Positions 9,033 through 19,603 of a stretch of 64,000 nt of DNA are shown in pieces. Source of the DNA: Acidobacteriota bacterium (GTDB taxonomy: Bacteria; Acidobacteriota; UBA6911; RPQK01; CBDEGM01); contig CBDEGM010000003.1 in NCBI GenBank assembly GCA_965237715.1, forward strand, positions 1,746,375 through 1,810,374, read 5' to 3'. Made by a program: the position numbers and the translations under genes. Within the stretch, counting starts at the first letter, position 1; the number at the start of each line of letters is the position of its first letter. Below the pieces are notes generated by a model, which saw nothing but the letters and a program-made list of their open reading frames with translations, was not told the origin of the DNA and did not search any database.

Positions 9033-11067
9033 ACTGGGAACGGAAGAGATTCCTGCGAACATGATTTCTCCGGCCCTGGACGAAATGCGCCAGAGCTTCG
9101 AGGAGTTGTTCAAGGGGCATCAAATCCACTGCGATTCGATGAAATCCTACTGTACTGCGCGTCGGCTCGCGATCATTCTGGAGGGACTTCCCGAGCGTGA
9201 GCCGGAACGGGAAGAGGTCGTTTTGGGACCTCCTAAATCGAAGGCCCTGGACGCCCAGGGCCAACCCGCCAGGGCGGGCCAGGGTTTTGCCCGTAAGATG
9301 GGCGTCTCCTTTCAGGATCTGGTCATCGTGCCCACCGAGCGTGGTGAATATATGGCCTGTCGAAGGCGGCAGAAAAGCAGGCTCCTGTCGGACATCCTGC
9401 GGGAGGCTTTGCCTCAGATCATCTCTTCCATTTCCTGGTCCAAGAACATGTTCTGGAGGCAGAGCCGGTTCCGATTTGTTCGGCCCTTGCGATGGTATGT
9501 GACCCTCTGGAACGGGAAGACACTTCCTTTTGAGTTTGAAGGAGTACGAGCAGCTCAGTTCACGGTTGGGCATCGGTTCCTGGGAAAGAAAAAGATTCGA
9601 ATGGCCAGCGTGGATGGATACCTGAAGAAGTTAAGGGAGAACTACGTGCTGGCGGACGTGGAGGAGAGGCGGGCCAAGATCCTTGAAGAAATAAGAGAAC
9701 AGACCCCCAATGATCTGCACATCCTCCCGGACCCTGATCTACTGGAGGTCGTGGTTCATCTCAACGAGTATCCCACCGTTTTGCGCGGCTCGTTTGATGA
9801 AAAATTTCTGGAAATCCCCCAAGAAGTACTGGTAACGGTGATGCGGCATCACCAGAAATACTTCTCTATCCTGAACGAAAATAGGGAAATTCAGCCTTAT
9901 TTTCTGACGGTGGTCAACACCAGTCGAGATTCGGAGGGGATCATCCGGCGAGGTCATGAGAAAGTCCTTAAGGCGCGACTGGAGGATGCCGCCTTTTTTT
10001 GGGGCACGGATCAGAAAATAACCCTGAAGGATCGTGTGCAGCAGTTAGATCACATCGTGTTTCAAGAGAAGCTGGGAAGTTATCGAGATAAGACGGAGCG
10101 AGTTCGTGCCCTGTGCCGGCAGTTGGGAGGTGACCAGGATCTGGAGACGGCTGCGCAGCTCTCGAAGGCCGATCTCAACACAAAAATGGTTCGTGAGCTG
10201 CCCGAACTGCAAGGGGTCATGGGTGGCCTGTATGCGCGCGAAGAAGGCTATTCGGAACCGGTATGGAAGGCCATTTATGAGCATTACCGGCCGGTCTCTT
10301 TGGAGGATGACTCTCCTTCGACTCGAAATGGAGCTCTCCTGTCGATCAGCGACAAACTGGACACAGTGGGAGGTTGTTTGAGCGTTGGAATCGTCCCCAC
10401 GGGTTCCAGTGATCCGTTTGCCTTGCGCCGGCAGGCACAGGGCATAGTGAAAATTCTGTTTGATTGTCAGCTCGACTATCCGTTGCCTCGGCTGGTAGAG
10501 ATGGTTCAGTACGACTTCTCTTCCGAGAGGTCCGAGCAGGATCTGCGTCAGGAGATTTTGCAGTTTTTGCAGCGACGAGTGCGTTTCCTTCTCCAGGACA
10601 AAGGAATTCCTTACGATGTGCTCAACGCAGTACTGGCGGTCGGGATCGAAGCGGTGTATCCGGCCTATCAGAAAGCGCAGGCACTGGTCAATCTGAAGGG
10701 TGAGGCTGACTTTGAGGCAGTGGCCTCTGCCTACAAGAGAATCAAGAATATCCTTGCTCATCAGAACATCGAGGCCTCGTCTGTGGCGGAGTCCGACCTG
10801 GTAGAGCCTGCGGAGGTGAACCTCTATCAGGCATTTCGCGACCTGGAAACCAAAGTGGAAGCCGACTTGAAAGGGTCTGATTACTCCCGCGCGCTCAGGC
10901 GGATTGCAGGCCTGAGAGATCCTGTGGACCGATTCTTTGACGAGGTGCTAGTGCTCACCGACGATGAGAGACTGCGCAGAAATCGATTGCGGCTGCTGCA
11001 CGACCTGTCGCAGCTTTTCCTTGGCATCGCGGACATTTCAGAAATGGTGGGAAGTTCCGGCAATTGA
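9007..11067 (+). CDS. glyS: Glycine--tRNA ligase beta subunit
   Basis: [16 protein letters not shown] start overlapping the glyQ stop; 686 aa. Confidence 0.85.
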   Translation: MKKNKFLFELGTEEIPANMISPALDEMRQSFEELFKGHQIHCDSMKSYCTARRLAIILEGLPEREPEREEVVLGPPKSKALDAQGQPARAGQGFARKMGVSFQDLVIVPTERGEYMACRRRQKSRLLSDILREALPQIISSISWSKNMFWRQSRFRFVRPLRWYVTLWNGKTLPFEFEGVRAAQFTVGHRFLGKKKIRMASVDGYLKKLRENYVLADVEERRAKILEEIREQTPNDLHILPDPDLLEVVVHLNEYPTVLRGSFDEKFLEIPQEVLVTVMRHHQKYFSILNENREIQPYFLTVVNTSRDSEGIIRRGHEKVLKARLEDAAFFWGTDQKITLKDRVQQLDHIVFQEKLGSYRDKTERVRALCRQLGGDQDLETAAQLSKADLNTKMVRELPELQGVMGGLYAREEGYSEPVWKAIYEHYRPVSLEDDSPSTRNGALLSISDKLDTVGGCLSVGIVPTGSSDPFALRRQAQGIVKILFDCQLDYPLPRLVEMVQYDFSSERSEQDLRQEILQFLQRRVRFLLQDKGIPYDVLNAVLAVGIEAVYPAYQKAQALVNLKGEADFEAVASAYKRIKNILAHQNIEASSVAESDLVEPAEVNLYQAFRDLETKVEADLKGSDYSRALRRIAGLRDPVDRFFDEVLVLTDDERLRRNRLRLLHDLSQLFLGIADISEMVGSSGN

Positions 11068-11130
11068 GCCTGGCCGACCGAGAAATTCGCGAATTTCGTG
11101 GTTCGAATGATGAATGACACCGCCCCCTGT

Positions 11131-11163
11131 GCTGATAGCTGACCAGCCTGGTCAGCTATCAGC
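11131..11163. terminator. 33-bp near-perfect palindrome GCTGATAGCTGACCAG-C-CTGGTCAGCTATCAGC between convergent glyS and lpxD (bidirectional terminator), followed by GGTCAGC repeats
   Basis: Read directly. Confidence 0.55.
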
Positions 11164-12199
11164 AGGTCAGCAGGTCAGCCAGTTTCTTGCGCAGCTCGCC
11201 GATTTCCTTCTCCATTCGCTTTATTTTTCTCACTAAATCAGGAAAATCCCGCATTAGAAGGTAGTTCTTTTTCCAAAGAGATACATCCATTTCCGGGCTT
11301 CCTGAAATCATCTTGCCTGCTTTTACCGAACGGGCAATTCCTGTCTGAGGGACGGCCACGACGTGATCTCCGATGGTCAGATTCTGAGATACGCCGACCT
11401 GCCCTCCCAGCATGACCTGATTGCCAATTCGCGTCGTGCCTGCGAGTCCGACCTGAGCTGCCAGTACCGTGTCTTCCCCCACCTGGCAGCCATGGCCGAT
11501 CTGCACCAGATTATCAATTTTTGTGCCTCGCCTCACACGTGTTTCTCCTACCGTGGCTCGATCCACACAGGCATGAGCCCCAATTTCTACGTCATCCTCC
11601 AGGACTGCAATTCCCGACTGGATGATCTTGTAGTAGCTTCCGTCGGCCTGGGGTGCAAATCCAAAACCGTCTGCGCCTACGACGGCTCCATTTTGCAGGA
11701 TGACCCGGTCGCCAATTCTGCAGTATTCCCTCACCACGCTGTTGGAATGGGCGGTGAAGTGGTCACCGATTACTGCATGGGGATAGATGGTGACGTTAGC
11801 GTACAGCGCAGCGTGGTTGCCGATTCGGACCTCTTCACCGATGACCACGTTGGCTCCAATGGAGTAGTGCTCACCGAGCACGGCGCTCTCCGCGAGGGTG
11901 GCCGTAGGGTGGATCCCCGCTATGGGTTCTGGACTCGAATAGAAGAGTTCGACTGCCCGGGCGAAGGCGAGATAAGGATTCTCGGACACCAGTGTGGGGA
12001 TCGAGCTTGCGGGAGCGTCTGGCCCCAGGATAATGGCGCCGGCCCCAGTTCTCTTGATCTTCGACAGGTACCTGGGATCGGAAACGAAGGTGAGCTCGTT
12101 TTGCCCCGCTTCTTCGATGCCGGAGACGCCGGTGATCTCCAGATCCTCCGCTCCTCGAAGCTTGCAGTTGAGTTTTCTGGCGACCTCTCCCAATTTCAT
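11159..12199 (-). CDS. lpxD: UDP-3-O-(3-hydroxyacyl)glucosamine N-acyltransferase
   Basis: LpxD N-terminus and hexapeptide repeats. Confidence 0.85.
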   Translation of the reverse strand: MKLGEVARKLNCKLRGAEDLEITGVSGIEEAGQNELTFVSDPRYLSKIKRTGAGAIILGPDAPASSIPTLVSENPYLAFARAVELFYSSPEPIAGIHPTATLAESAVLGEHYSIGANVVIGEEVRIGNHAALYANVTIYPHAVIGDHFTAHSNSVVREYCRIGDRVILQNGAVVGADGFGFAPQADGSYYKIIQSGIAVLEDDVEIGAHACVDRATVGETRVRRGTKIDNLVQIGHGCQVGEDTVLAAQVGLAGTTRIGNQVMLGGQVGVSQNLTIGDHVVAVPQTGIARSVKAGKMISGSPEMDVSLWKKNYLLMRDFPDLVRKIKRMEKEIGELRKKLADLLTC

Positions 12200-12306
12200 G
12201 AGTTCTCTGGCTCCCGAGTCAGGTAAAGATGATAACGTAACTTAATACTAACTTTCATAAATATGTGGAAGGCTCTTACCACAAGGCACAAAGACACGAA
12301 GAATCC

Positions 12307-13890
12307 ATGATTCGACGTGCTCAGTCAGCTCGTGCAGCGGGAGCGGTGAGTCTTGCCGTTTTCCTCAGCCGCATCCTGGGTGTGGTCCGGGAACAGGTTT
12401 TTGCCCGATTCTTCGGCGCAGGTATTTATAACGACGCCTGGCTGGTCGCTTTTCGCATCCCCAACCTCTTGAGAGACCTTTTCGCCGAAGGGGCCCTGAG
12501 CTCGGCCTTTGTTCCGACCTTTACCGGACATCTGCGTCAGAAAGGACTTTCGGAAGCATGGCTCCTGGCGAACCTGGTGTTCAGTGGACTCCTCATGGTC
12601 CTGGGCACCATTACCCTTATTCTCGTGACTTTCCCCACTTTCTTTGTGCTGCTCCTGGGAGCGGGTTTTGCAGAGGTTCCGGGAAAGATTGAAATCACGG
12701 CCAGCCTGACCCGCATTCTCTCGCCTTTCTTGATGTTGGTGGCGATGGCCTCCGTCGCCATGGGTGTCTTGAATGCGCTCAACCACTTTTTCATTCCGGC
12801 ACTGGCTCCGGCGCTGTTCAACGCCGCGCTGATCCTATCTGGTTTTTTTCTGGCGCCGCAGTTCAAAGAGTGGGGTATCGAACCTATTTTTGCCATGGCG
12901 GTGGGGGCATTGATAGGAGGTTTCTTGCAGTACGGAGTGCAGGTGCCCCTGTTGCGCCGGCACGGCTACCGCTTTCGTTTTCTGATCGACTTTCATCACG
13001 AAGGAGTGCGCAGAATGGCACGACTGATGGCACCCGCGGTGGTGGGAATCAGTGCTCTGCAGATCAACATTGTGGTTACCACGTTCATTGCTTCTTTTTT
13101 GCGAGACAACGGTCCCATCTCGTGGCTGAACTACGCCTTTCGCATTGTTTACCTTCCTATTGGCCTTTTTGGGGTTGCGGTGGGTACTGTCAACCTTCGC
13201 GAAGTGTCTATCTCTGCGGCAGAGCAGGAGTGGGAGGATTTGAAGGAAACTGTGGCTCATTCGGTCAAGCTGGTCTCCCTTTTGGCGGTACCGTCGATGG
13301 TTGGGCTGATCCTTCTGTCCAGGCCCATCGTGAAGGTGCTCTTTGAGCGGGGAGAGTTTACCCATGGGGACACCCTATCAACCGCAAATGCGCTGACTTT
13401 CTACTCTCTCGGACTTCTTGCCTACTGCCTGGTCAAGATCTACGGACCCACCTTCTATGCTCTGGATGACACCCGCACACCGGTCCGTATCAGCGTGACG
13501 GCGGTGGTCACCAACATCATCACGAACCTCATTCTTGTCTGGACGCTGCCCTCGGGTTACCAATACCTTGGCCTCGCATGCGGGACCGCCTTTTCAGTGA
13601 GCCTTAATGCCATCCTCCTGGCGCGGGGTTTTCGAAAAAAGGTCGGTTCTCTGGGGCACTACCACGTGTCCATGACGATTGTAAAGATGGTCACGTCGGC
13701 TGCCGTTATGGGGCTCCTGGTCTTTTTTCTCCACCACCTGTTGGAAGGCCGCTGGGAGGAGATGGGTTTTCCTGGGGAAGTCTCGGCTCTTTTGGTCTCG
13801 GTATGCGTCGGCATAGGAGTGTATTTTTGGTGCTGTCGGCTTTTTAGGATACAGGAAGTGAACTATCTGTTCGATCGTCTTCATCTCTAG
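12307..13890 (+). CDS. murJ: Lipid II flippase MurJ
   Basis: MurJ/MviN signature NDAWLVAFRIPNLLRDLFAEGALSSAFVP; ATG at 12307. Confidence 0.85.
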   Translation: MIRRAQSARAAGAVSLAVFLSRILGVVREQVFARFFGAGIYNDAWLVAFRIPNLLRDLFAEGALSSAFVPTFTGHLRQKGLSEAWLLANLVFSGLLMVLGTITLILVTFPTFFVLLLGAGFAEVPGKIEITASLTRILSPFLMLVAMASVAMGVLNALNHFFIPALAPALFNAALILSGFFLAPQFKEWGIEPIFAMAVGALIGGFLQYGVQVPLLRRHGYRFRFLIDFHHEGVRRMARLMAPAVVGISALQINIVVTTFIASFLRDNGPISWLNYAFRIVYLPIGLFGVAVGTVNLREVSISAAEQEWEDLKETVAHSVKLVSLLAVPSMVGLILLSRPIVKVLFERGEFTHGDTLSTANALTFYSLGLLAYCLVKIYGPTFYALDDTRTPVRISVTAVVTNIITNLILVWTLPSGYQYLGLACGTAFSVSLNAILLARGFRKKVGSLGHYHVSMTIVKMVTSAAVMGLLVFFLHHLLEGRWEEMGFPGEVSALLVSVCVGIGVYFWCCRLFRIQEVNYLFDRLHL

Positions 13891-13913
13891 TGGGTGGGAC
13901 AGGATACGAGTAG

Positions 13914-14810
13914 ATGCAAGAGCGTGCCTTTGGGAACTACCTGAGCTATCTTCGCGTTGAAAAGGGCTTGGCTGCCAATACAGTCGACGCGTATGAACGG
14001 GATACGCGGAGGTTTCTGTCATTCCTGCAACGCGAAGGCTGGATTCTGGAGAAGGTAGGCAAGGACGAACTACTGCATTATCTGCAACATCTTTACGAAG
14101 ACCTTTCCCCGCGGACGATTGTCCGAACCCTCGCCAGCTTGCGCTCATTCTACCGATTTCTTCTTCTGGACGGGTATTTGACAAAAGACCCATCGGAGAC
14201 CCTGGACTCTCCCAGGACCTGGCGGACCTTGCCTCAGTTTTTGACCCAGGAGGAAGTCGAGCAGCTGCTCGAGCAGCCGGATCCAAAAACCCCTCATGGC
14301 CTTCGGAATCGAGCCATGCTTGAGACCCTTTACGCGACGGGTCTGCGCGTGAGCGAACTGGTGCACCTCAGAAGTGATGAGGTCAGTCTGGAGGCCGGTT
14401 TCCTGAGAACGCTTGGCAAGGGAAACAGGGAACGGATTGTTCCCATCGGAGATTCCGCTGTAGGTCGGATCCGGCGCTACCTTGCGGAGGCCAGGTCGTG
14501 CTTCCTGCGCAGGCGCCCCCCAAGCCCTTTCCTCTTCCTCACCCAGAGAGGGGGAGCCATGAGCCGTCAGTATTTCTGGACGATCGTGAGTCAGTACGGC
14601 GAGAGGGCCGGGATTGAAAAGAAACTCAGCCCCCACGTCCTTCGACACAGCTTCGCCACACATCTGCTGGATCATGGAGCGGACCTGCGCGCAGTCCAGA
14701 TGATGCTTGGCCATGCCGACATATCGACTACTCAGATCTACACTCATGTGAGCCGAGAACGTCTCAAGAAGATCTATGACAAATACCACCCAAGGGCACT
14801 TGGGGAATGA
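13914..14810 (+). CDS. xerD: Tyrosine recombinase XerD-like (XerC/D family)
   Basis: Phage-integrase fold with the catalytic C-terminus HxLRHSFATHLL...Y. Confidence 0.75.
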   Translation: MQERAFGNYLSYLRVEKGLAANTVDAYERDTRRFLSFLQREGWILEKVGKDELLHYLQHLYEDLSPRTIVRTLASLRSFYRFLLLDGYLTKDPSETLDSPRTWRTLPQFLTQEEVEQLLEQPDPKTPHGLRNRAMLETLYATGLRVSELVHLRSDEVSLEAGFLRTLGKGNRERIVPIGDSAVGRIRRYLAEARSCFLRRRPPSPFLFLTQRGGAMSRQYFWTIVSQYGERAGIEKKLSPHVLRHSFATHLLDHGADLRAVQMMLGHADISTTQIYTHVSRERLKKIYDKYHPRALGE

Positions 14811-14868
14811 CGGGGACCGGCTGACCGGCCGAGAACGAACAACTGACAATGAGGCTTGCTCGAAAGGG

Positions 14869-15696
14869 GGTTCTGGTGCAGATAGGATTGTCGGAGCGAT
14901 AAGGCCAGGAGTGCGCCCCGGCGATGCGGCCTATGTTGCCATGACGTGACGCCAGATCACCACGGGATTCGGCTGCCATGGGATCGGAATTGAGAACTGG
15001 CGTTTGTGAATCTTCTGCGCCAGCTCGATGCCGATAATGACACGTCGCGCATTGTAGAACGTCTTGAATCCCAACATGGGGCGCAATCGCCCCTTCACCC
15101 GGCGGTGGTCCTGCTCCACAACGTTGTTCAGGTATTGACAGCAACGAATCTTCACCGGGTTCCGCCCCCGGAAGTTGAACTCCCCGTTCATTCCCATGTG
15201 CCGCAGGGCGCTATGGCTCGGCCGGTGGCCATCCAGAGTGATGCTGTGTGGCTCCCGATGATGCTTCAGCGCCTTGCGAAAGAAGGCCTTCGCCGCTGCG
15301 ATGCCACGTGCCCGACTGAGAAAGAACTCCACAGTGTTGCCCTGTCCGTCCACGGCGCGGTACAGATACATCAACTGGCCCCGAATCTTGATAAACGTTT
15401 CATCAACCCGCCAGCTCCCACCCACCGGTCGTTCGAATCGGCTCCAACGCCTTTCGCAGGTTTCGGCATAGCGAACGACCCACCGCAAGATCGTGGTATG
15501 CGAAATCGGTAAACCCCGCTCACCTAAAATCTCGACCAGGTCCCGGTAACTCAGTTTGAAGCGGAAATACCAGCGAAGGCAGAGAAGAATGATGTCGTCT
15601 TCGAACCAACGTCCGGCAAATAGAGGATTCCGTTCCGTTTTACGATGCGCCATATCTCATTATCGCCAATCCCCGTTGGCTGTCTGCACCAGAACC
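14869..15696 (-). mobile_element. IS6-family IS (828 bp), terminal IRs GGTTCTGGTGCAGA, no TSD
   Basis: IRs at 14869-14882 and 15683-15696 flank the transposase. Confidence 0.8.
14931..15653 (-). CDS. IS6-family (IS26-like) transposase
   Basis: 240 aa; RWYFRFKLSYRDLVEILGERG...WRVDETFIKIRG...YLYRAVD. Confidence 0.85.
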   Translation of the reverse strand: MAHRKTERNPLFAGRWFEDDIILLCLRWYFRFKLSYRDLVEILGERGLPISHTTILRWVVRYAETCERRWSRFERPVGGSWRVDETFIKIRGQLMYLYRAVDGQGNTVEFFLSRARGIAAAKAFFRKALKHHREPHSITLDGHRPSHSALRHMGMNGEFNFRGRNPVKIRCCQYLNNVVEQDHRRVKGRLRPMLGFKTFYNARRVIIGIELAQKIHKRQFSIPIPWQPNPVVIWRHVMAT

Positions 15697-16190
15697 GGCG
15701 GTTTGTTGGATCAGGCGTTAATCCACACCGGAACCGCCCCCACAGTCGTCGGCATCCCGTTGGAGATCAACGTCAGATAAAAGCTGCTTATCGTTTCTTT
15801 GGAAGTGGCGCCTCTGTCTTGTCTGAGGCGCATGGGAGAATAAAGCTATGGTGCGTAAACGAGACGGGTTGGTTCCCATTGGTGAAGTCATCGCCGATCT
15901 GCCCGAACCCGTCCAGGCGCTCCGCGAAGCACCCCGACCGGCGCAACACCACTTCACCCAAGCCGATCAGGTGCACCAGCTTGTTTCGGCCAGCGAAGCG
16001 GACCCCGACCGGGGCTTCATGGCGCGGCTGATGGCGCTGTGCAGTCTGCCCCGCACCAACCGGCAACCGACTTCTTTACAGGCGCGTCAACGGCCCCTAC
16101 CGCCCCTGCATGCAGGCCGGGCCGGAGACCAGACGATTAACTGGATCGCCTGGACTACTTTGACGGCAGCAGCCATACGACTGTAGTGTT

Positions 16191-18359
16191 ATGAGTACAG
16201 CTTCGCCGACCCCTTCTCCCGAAAGTGTGCTCCTGGTTCAATGCTGTCATCTTCCCCAGTTTTTCTACCTTGCTGAGAAGCTGCGACAGCGCAACCCTGA
16301 ATGGATCCTCTCAGCTCTCGTTACCGACCGGCCACAAGTCCGTTTCTACCTGGAACTGTTCCCACCCTTCGACCATCTTTTCTTCTTCGATAAGAAGTTG
16401 CCCGAGATGCCGGGTGCGTTCGATCAGATCCTGTTCCCACTTTTGAACCGCGGCTATTTGCGTATCAAGAGAGCCGCCCGCCAGCTTCCGGGGACCGCGT
16501 ATGAAATCGATTACCAAGGAGAACATCGAGCCTTGAAGCTGGGGACCTTGGTTCGGTCGTTTGCCGCGCCCCTTCACAGGCCTTCTGAAGAATTTGTCCA
16601 GTACCTGGAAGATTTTCCGCATAGACCTCTGGGAGAAAAAGTCCTCGTTGTCGAAACCTGTCATCGGTCGCTGGCCGACTCGAGTGAAGAGAAATGGGGC
16701 CGCCTGATTCCTGATCAGGCCGAGGTCACCAGGATCTCTGTTTCGACAGAAGGGCGAGGCTGGAGAGCTTTACGCCGACAGAGTTTCGACAGCGGAGTGG
16801 TCTTTTTCTCAGGTGAGAAAGGATTCGCTAATCTGAAGCTGCTTCCCTTCCTCCTAGGGATTCCCAAGATCCTAGTAGTTAACGAGCATGGCGACCACTT
16901 CTATGCCACCTCCCGCAGTCTTCTGCGATTTCTATGGGGGCGCGTCTGGCAGGGAGCCCCATTGCCCAAACCATCCCCTCGCATTCTGGTGATACAGACC
17001 GAAAGTCCGACCTACGTCAGGCGGGCGATCGAAGTTTTGAGAAAGCCGGAAATGTTCCCTCGTTCACGGATCTGCCTTCTGTGCCGGAAGGAAGACGCCG
17101 ACAGATTCCGGAATGTATCGGGCCTGGAAAGTGTTTTGACCTACTCCCGTCGGAAGGTTGGGAGCAACGTGGGATTGTGGAGGGATCTGAAGGGGTTCGA
17201 CGCGGTTGCGGCTGTCTTTTCGGGAAGGGGTGTTTTTCGGAAGCAGAAGCTGCTGTATTTTCTGCTCCCCATTCGCCATCATTTAGCTTTCAATGCCCGA
17301 TCGGATTGCTATCGCCTGACACCCCGGACCCTTTTCTGGACGCTTCGCAAGGATCCCTCCTTTTTCGCAGCCGAGAAGCAACCTGTCTCTCCCATTCTAT
17401 TTCTTCTCACGGACAAGGACTCCAGAGCCCGCAAGGCCATCGAGAGGCTGCAGGATCCCAAGGTGGTCTCGCCTCAACCCATCTGGGTCTTCTGCCGCGA
17501 GGACAAGCGCCCTTTGTACGAAGCCCTGCCCGGGGTAGAGGAGGTTCGGACCTATGCTCCGGGACGGACCCGGGAGAACCTGAAGGCGGTTCTGGCCCTG
17601 GCCCGCTCCCGAGTGGAAGTCGTCTCCTCGATCTTCTCTCCCCAGCCCGCTTTCCGGCTGCAGAAGCTGCTCTTTGTGCTCCTGCCGGCGAGACATCGGC
17701 TGGCCTTCAACCAGGAGGATCTCAACTGCTACTATCTGAAAGGCCGCCACGGTCGTCGAGGCCAACCTTCGGTCTGGGGAACGTTGTTCCGCGTGCTGCT
17801 CACGCGAAGTCGGCGGGCCTCCCGCCCCACGTTGTTTTTCCCCACTGCGGAAGATTCCAAAGCTGTAGAGGCCATCGAGAGGCTGCAGGATCCCAAGGTT
17901 GCCGCTAAATCGATTGTGGTCTTCTGCAGAGAGGACAAGCGACCTTTATACGAGGATCTTCCCACCGTCGAAGCAGTCTGGACATACGCTTCAGGTAGCA
18001 GTTTAAGGCATCTGAGGACGTGGGTGAGGCTGCTGCGAACCAGAGTGGATCTGGTTTGTGCCATCTTCACCGGTCGGCCGATCTTCCGCTTGCAGAAGTT
18101 CCTGTTTCTCACCTTACGTGCCCGGAATCGGCTGGTCTTCAACGAGGACCTCAACTGCTACATGCTAAGAGGCAACCTGGGCCGGTTCCTGCAACCCAAG
18201 GGAGGACATCGGGAGCTGGATCATTTGGCTCTGAAACTCGTTGTGCGGAAGGTCCTCAAAGGGTTTCTGTTTGTCCCCAGATTTTTGTACCTGATCCTCT
18301 GGGCAGCTGTTGTCACCATGAGAGCGAGGCACCGTATTTCCCAAGAAAGGAGACGCTAA
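16191..18359 (+). CDS. Hypothetical 722-aa protein built from four tandem 120-150-aa modules resembling the N-terminal Rossmann segment of GT9 heptosyltransferases (modules 2-4 end in the motif LQK(L/F)L..L..R.RL.FN..(L)NCY.L)
   Basis: Internal repeats read directly (e.g. KAIERLQDPKV..VFCREDKRPLYE..P.VE.V.TYA); the GT9 likeness is from the pattern ILVI..S..D....AIE.LR...P..RI..L. Confidence 0.45.
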   Translation: MSTASPTPSPESVLLVQCCHLPQFFYLAEKLRQRNPEWILSALVTDRPQVRFYLELFPPFDHLFFFDKKLPEMPGAFDQILFPLLNRGYLRIKRAARQLPGTAYEIDYQGEHRALKLGTLVRSFAAPLHRPSEEFVQYLEDFPHRPLGEKVLVVETCHRSLADSSEEKWGRLIPDQAEVTRISVSTEGRGWRALRRQSFDSGVVFFSGEKGFANLKLLPFLLGIPKILVVNEHGDHFYATSRSLLRFLWGRVWQGAPLPKPSPRILVIQTESPTYVRRAIEVLRKPEMFPRSRICLLCRKEDADRFRNVSGLESVLTYSRRKVGSNVGLWRDLKGFDAVAAVFSGRGVFRKQKLLYFLLPIRHHLAFNARSDCYRLTPRTLFWTLRKDPSFFAAEKQPVSPILFLLTDKDSRARKAIERLQDPKVVSPQPIWVFCREDKRPLYEALPGVEEVRTYAPGRTRENLKAVLALARSRVEVVSSIFSPQPAFRLQKLLFVLLPARHRLAFNQEDLNCYYLKGRHGRRGQPSVWGTLFRVLLTRSRRASRPTLFFPTAEDSKAVEAIERLQDPKVAAKSIVVFCREDKRPLYEDLPTVEAVWTYASGSSLRHLRTWVRLLRTRVDLVCAIFTGRPIFRLQKFLFLTLRARNRLVFNEDLNCYMLRGNLGRFLQPKGGHRELDHLALKLVVRKVLKGFLFVPRFLYLILWAAVVTMRARHRISQERRR

Positions 18360-18698
18360 CATCCTTCGCCAGATTGCTGATTGACGCTGGACCGAAATGG
18401 CTCCGGGGGCCGATGCGGGAGTCGAAGACTGGATCTCGGCGCATTCGTCCCGGGGCCTCTGTGGTAGAACTGCAGACCCCGGGGGCTAGTTGTCCGCCCG
18501 GGTGACTCCCGCCGCCGATCCATTTCTTGCGGATCATTGGTTGTCCTTTTTAGAAATCGAATTAGAATGGCCCGCCGAGATGGAAAATCGAATCCGCTAT
18601 CGGGTGTGGCGATGATATGCGGCACCCCTAACATTTTGCCCGAGCCCCCGGTATCGGTGCCACGCGGGGCCTTCACCATGGGCTACGAGCTGGCGGAT

Positions 18699-19058
18699 TC
18701 AGGGTCTCGGTCGGGGCCGAAAGTGCCAGTTCGCCGTGTCCTGGGGCCGGGGATAGTTTGACTCCGAAGCCCTCCCATCGTGGGAGATGATGAAGACTCG
18801 GATCTCGGTACCCTTGGAATCATCGAAATCGTCGATTGAGAATTCGAACAGATAGCCGCTGTTTTCGATCTCGGTGCTTCCGTACTGTGTTACGACGTCA
18901 CTTCTGTGTCGTCCGGTGCGACCCGCGTAGAAGAACTCGCCGTCTCGAAACACCACGATGGCCCGAGGCAGGACGAAGTTTTCCACATCGGCTCCCCAAC
19001 CTCCGATGAACATCCGGCTCTGGTCCGGACTCTGCCGAGAGACGACCCATCCGGTCAC
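18699..19058 (-). CDS. Hypothetical protein (119 aa) abutting an IS481-like end
   Basis: ORF only. Confidence 0.2.
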   Translation of the reverse strand: MTGWVVSRQSPDQSRMFIGGWGADVENFVLPRAIVVFRDGEFFYAGRTGRHRSDVVTQYGSTEIENSGYLFEFSIDDFDDSKGTEIRVFIISHDGRASESNYPRPQDTANWHFRPRPRP

Positions 19059-19261
19059 CCCCGGGTCCCGTAAGGTAAAAATATTCGGTCGGGCAGCGGA
19101 TCCTTAGGATAGAAGGGCTCATGGGCGTGCGAGCATCGGAATCTCAGGCGATTTCCGTTGAGAAACCAGCTTTTGGAAACGGGCTCCCGGTGTGAGGTCG
19201 TCGCTCCGGCACAGCGGTGCTGACTCGACCTTCTCCCCAGTCTTATGGAGTGTATCCGAAT

Positions 19262-19603
19262 TCAAGCAGCGTCTCGATAGTAGTATCGAAGCAAGCCAAC
19301 GAGCCTGGGACGGCAACTTAATTCGCCGTCCTTGCGACCCACTTCATCTCCCGCATCAATGATTCGGTTCGCGAGTCCCTGATGATTCCGTTCGTGGTGA
19401 AAGTGCTCTCCGAACTCTCTCAAGGCCCGACGCAATGACGCTTCACCAAAGAAGATCATACGGTTGAGACATTCAGATTTCAGGGAGCGCATGAAGCGTT
19501 CCAGATGAGCATTGAGATTAGGACTCTTGGGAGGTAAGACTACCGCCTCGATGGAGGCTGCCCCAAACTCAGTTGAAAGTGAAGGGCGGTTCAGGTTGAG
19601 CAC
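19262..19603 (-). pseudogene. C-terminal part of the IS481-like transposase (separated from its N-terminus by the IS256-like insertion)
   Basis: Identical to the last 113 aa of the 359-aa transposase. Confidence 0.7.

Noticed and set aside
11070-11110. GGTTCGAATGA, a possible tRNA T-loop
   Set aside because: No acceptor, D or anticodon arms can be formed around it. No tRNA gene is supported anywhere in the window.
16934-17908. A 324-aa ORF and many ORFs over 100 aa in alternate frames or on the opposite strand across 15.7-18.7 kb and 22-27 kb
   Set aside because: These are typical shadow ORFs of GC-rich DNA. They overlap better-supported genes (the repeat protein, M4 protease, OMP) and show no recognisable motifs.
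18385-18520. The sequence GGGGGCCGATGCGGGAGTCGAAGACTGG resembles the 5' end of tmRNA (GGGG..G....GG.TTCGAC)
   Set aside because: No tRNA-like 3' end (no T-loop GTTCRANTC or CCA-proximal acceptor pairing) and no tag-peptide reading frame nearby. The region is simply GC-rich spacer next to an IS481-like end.
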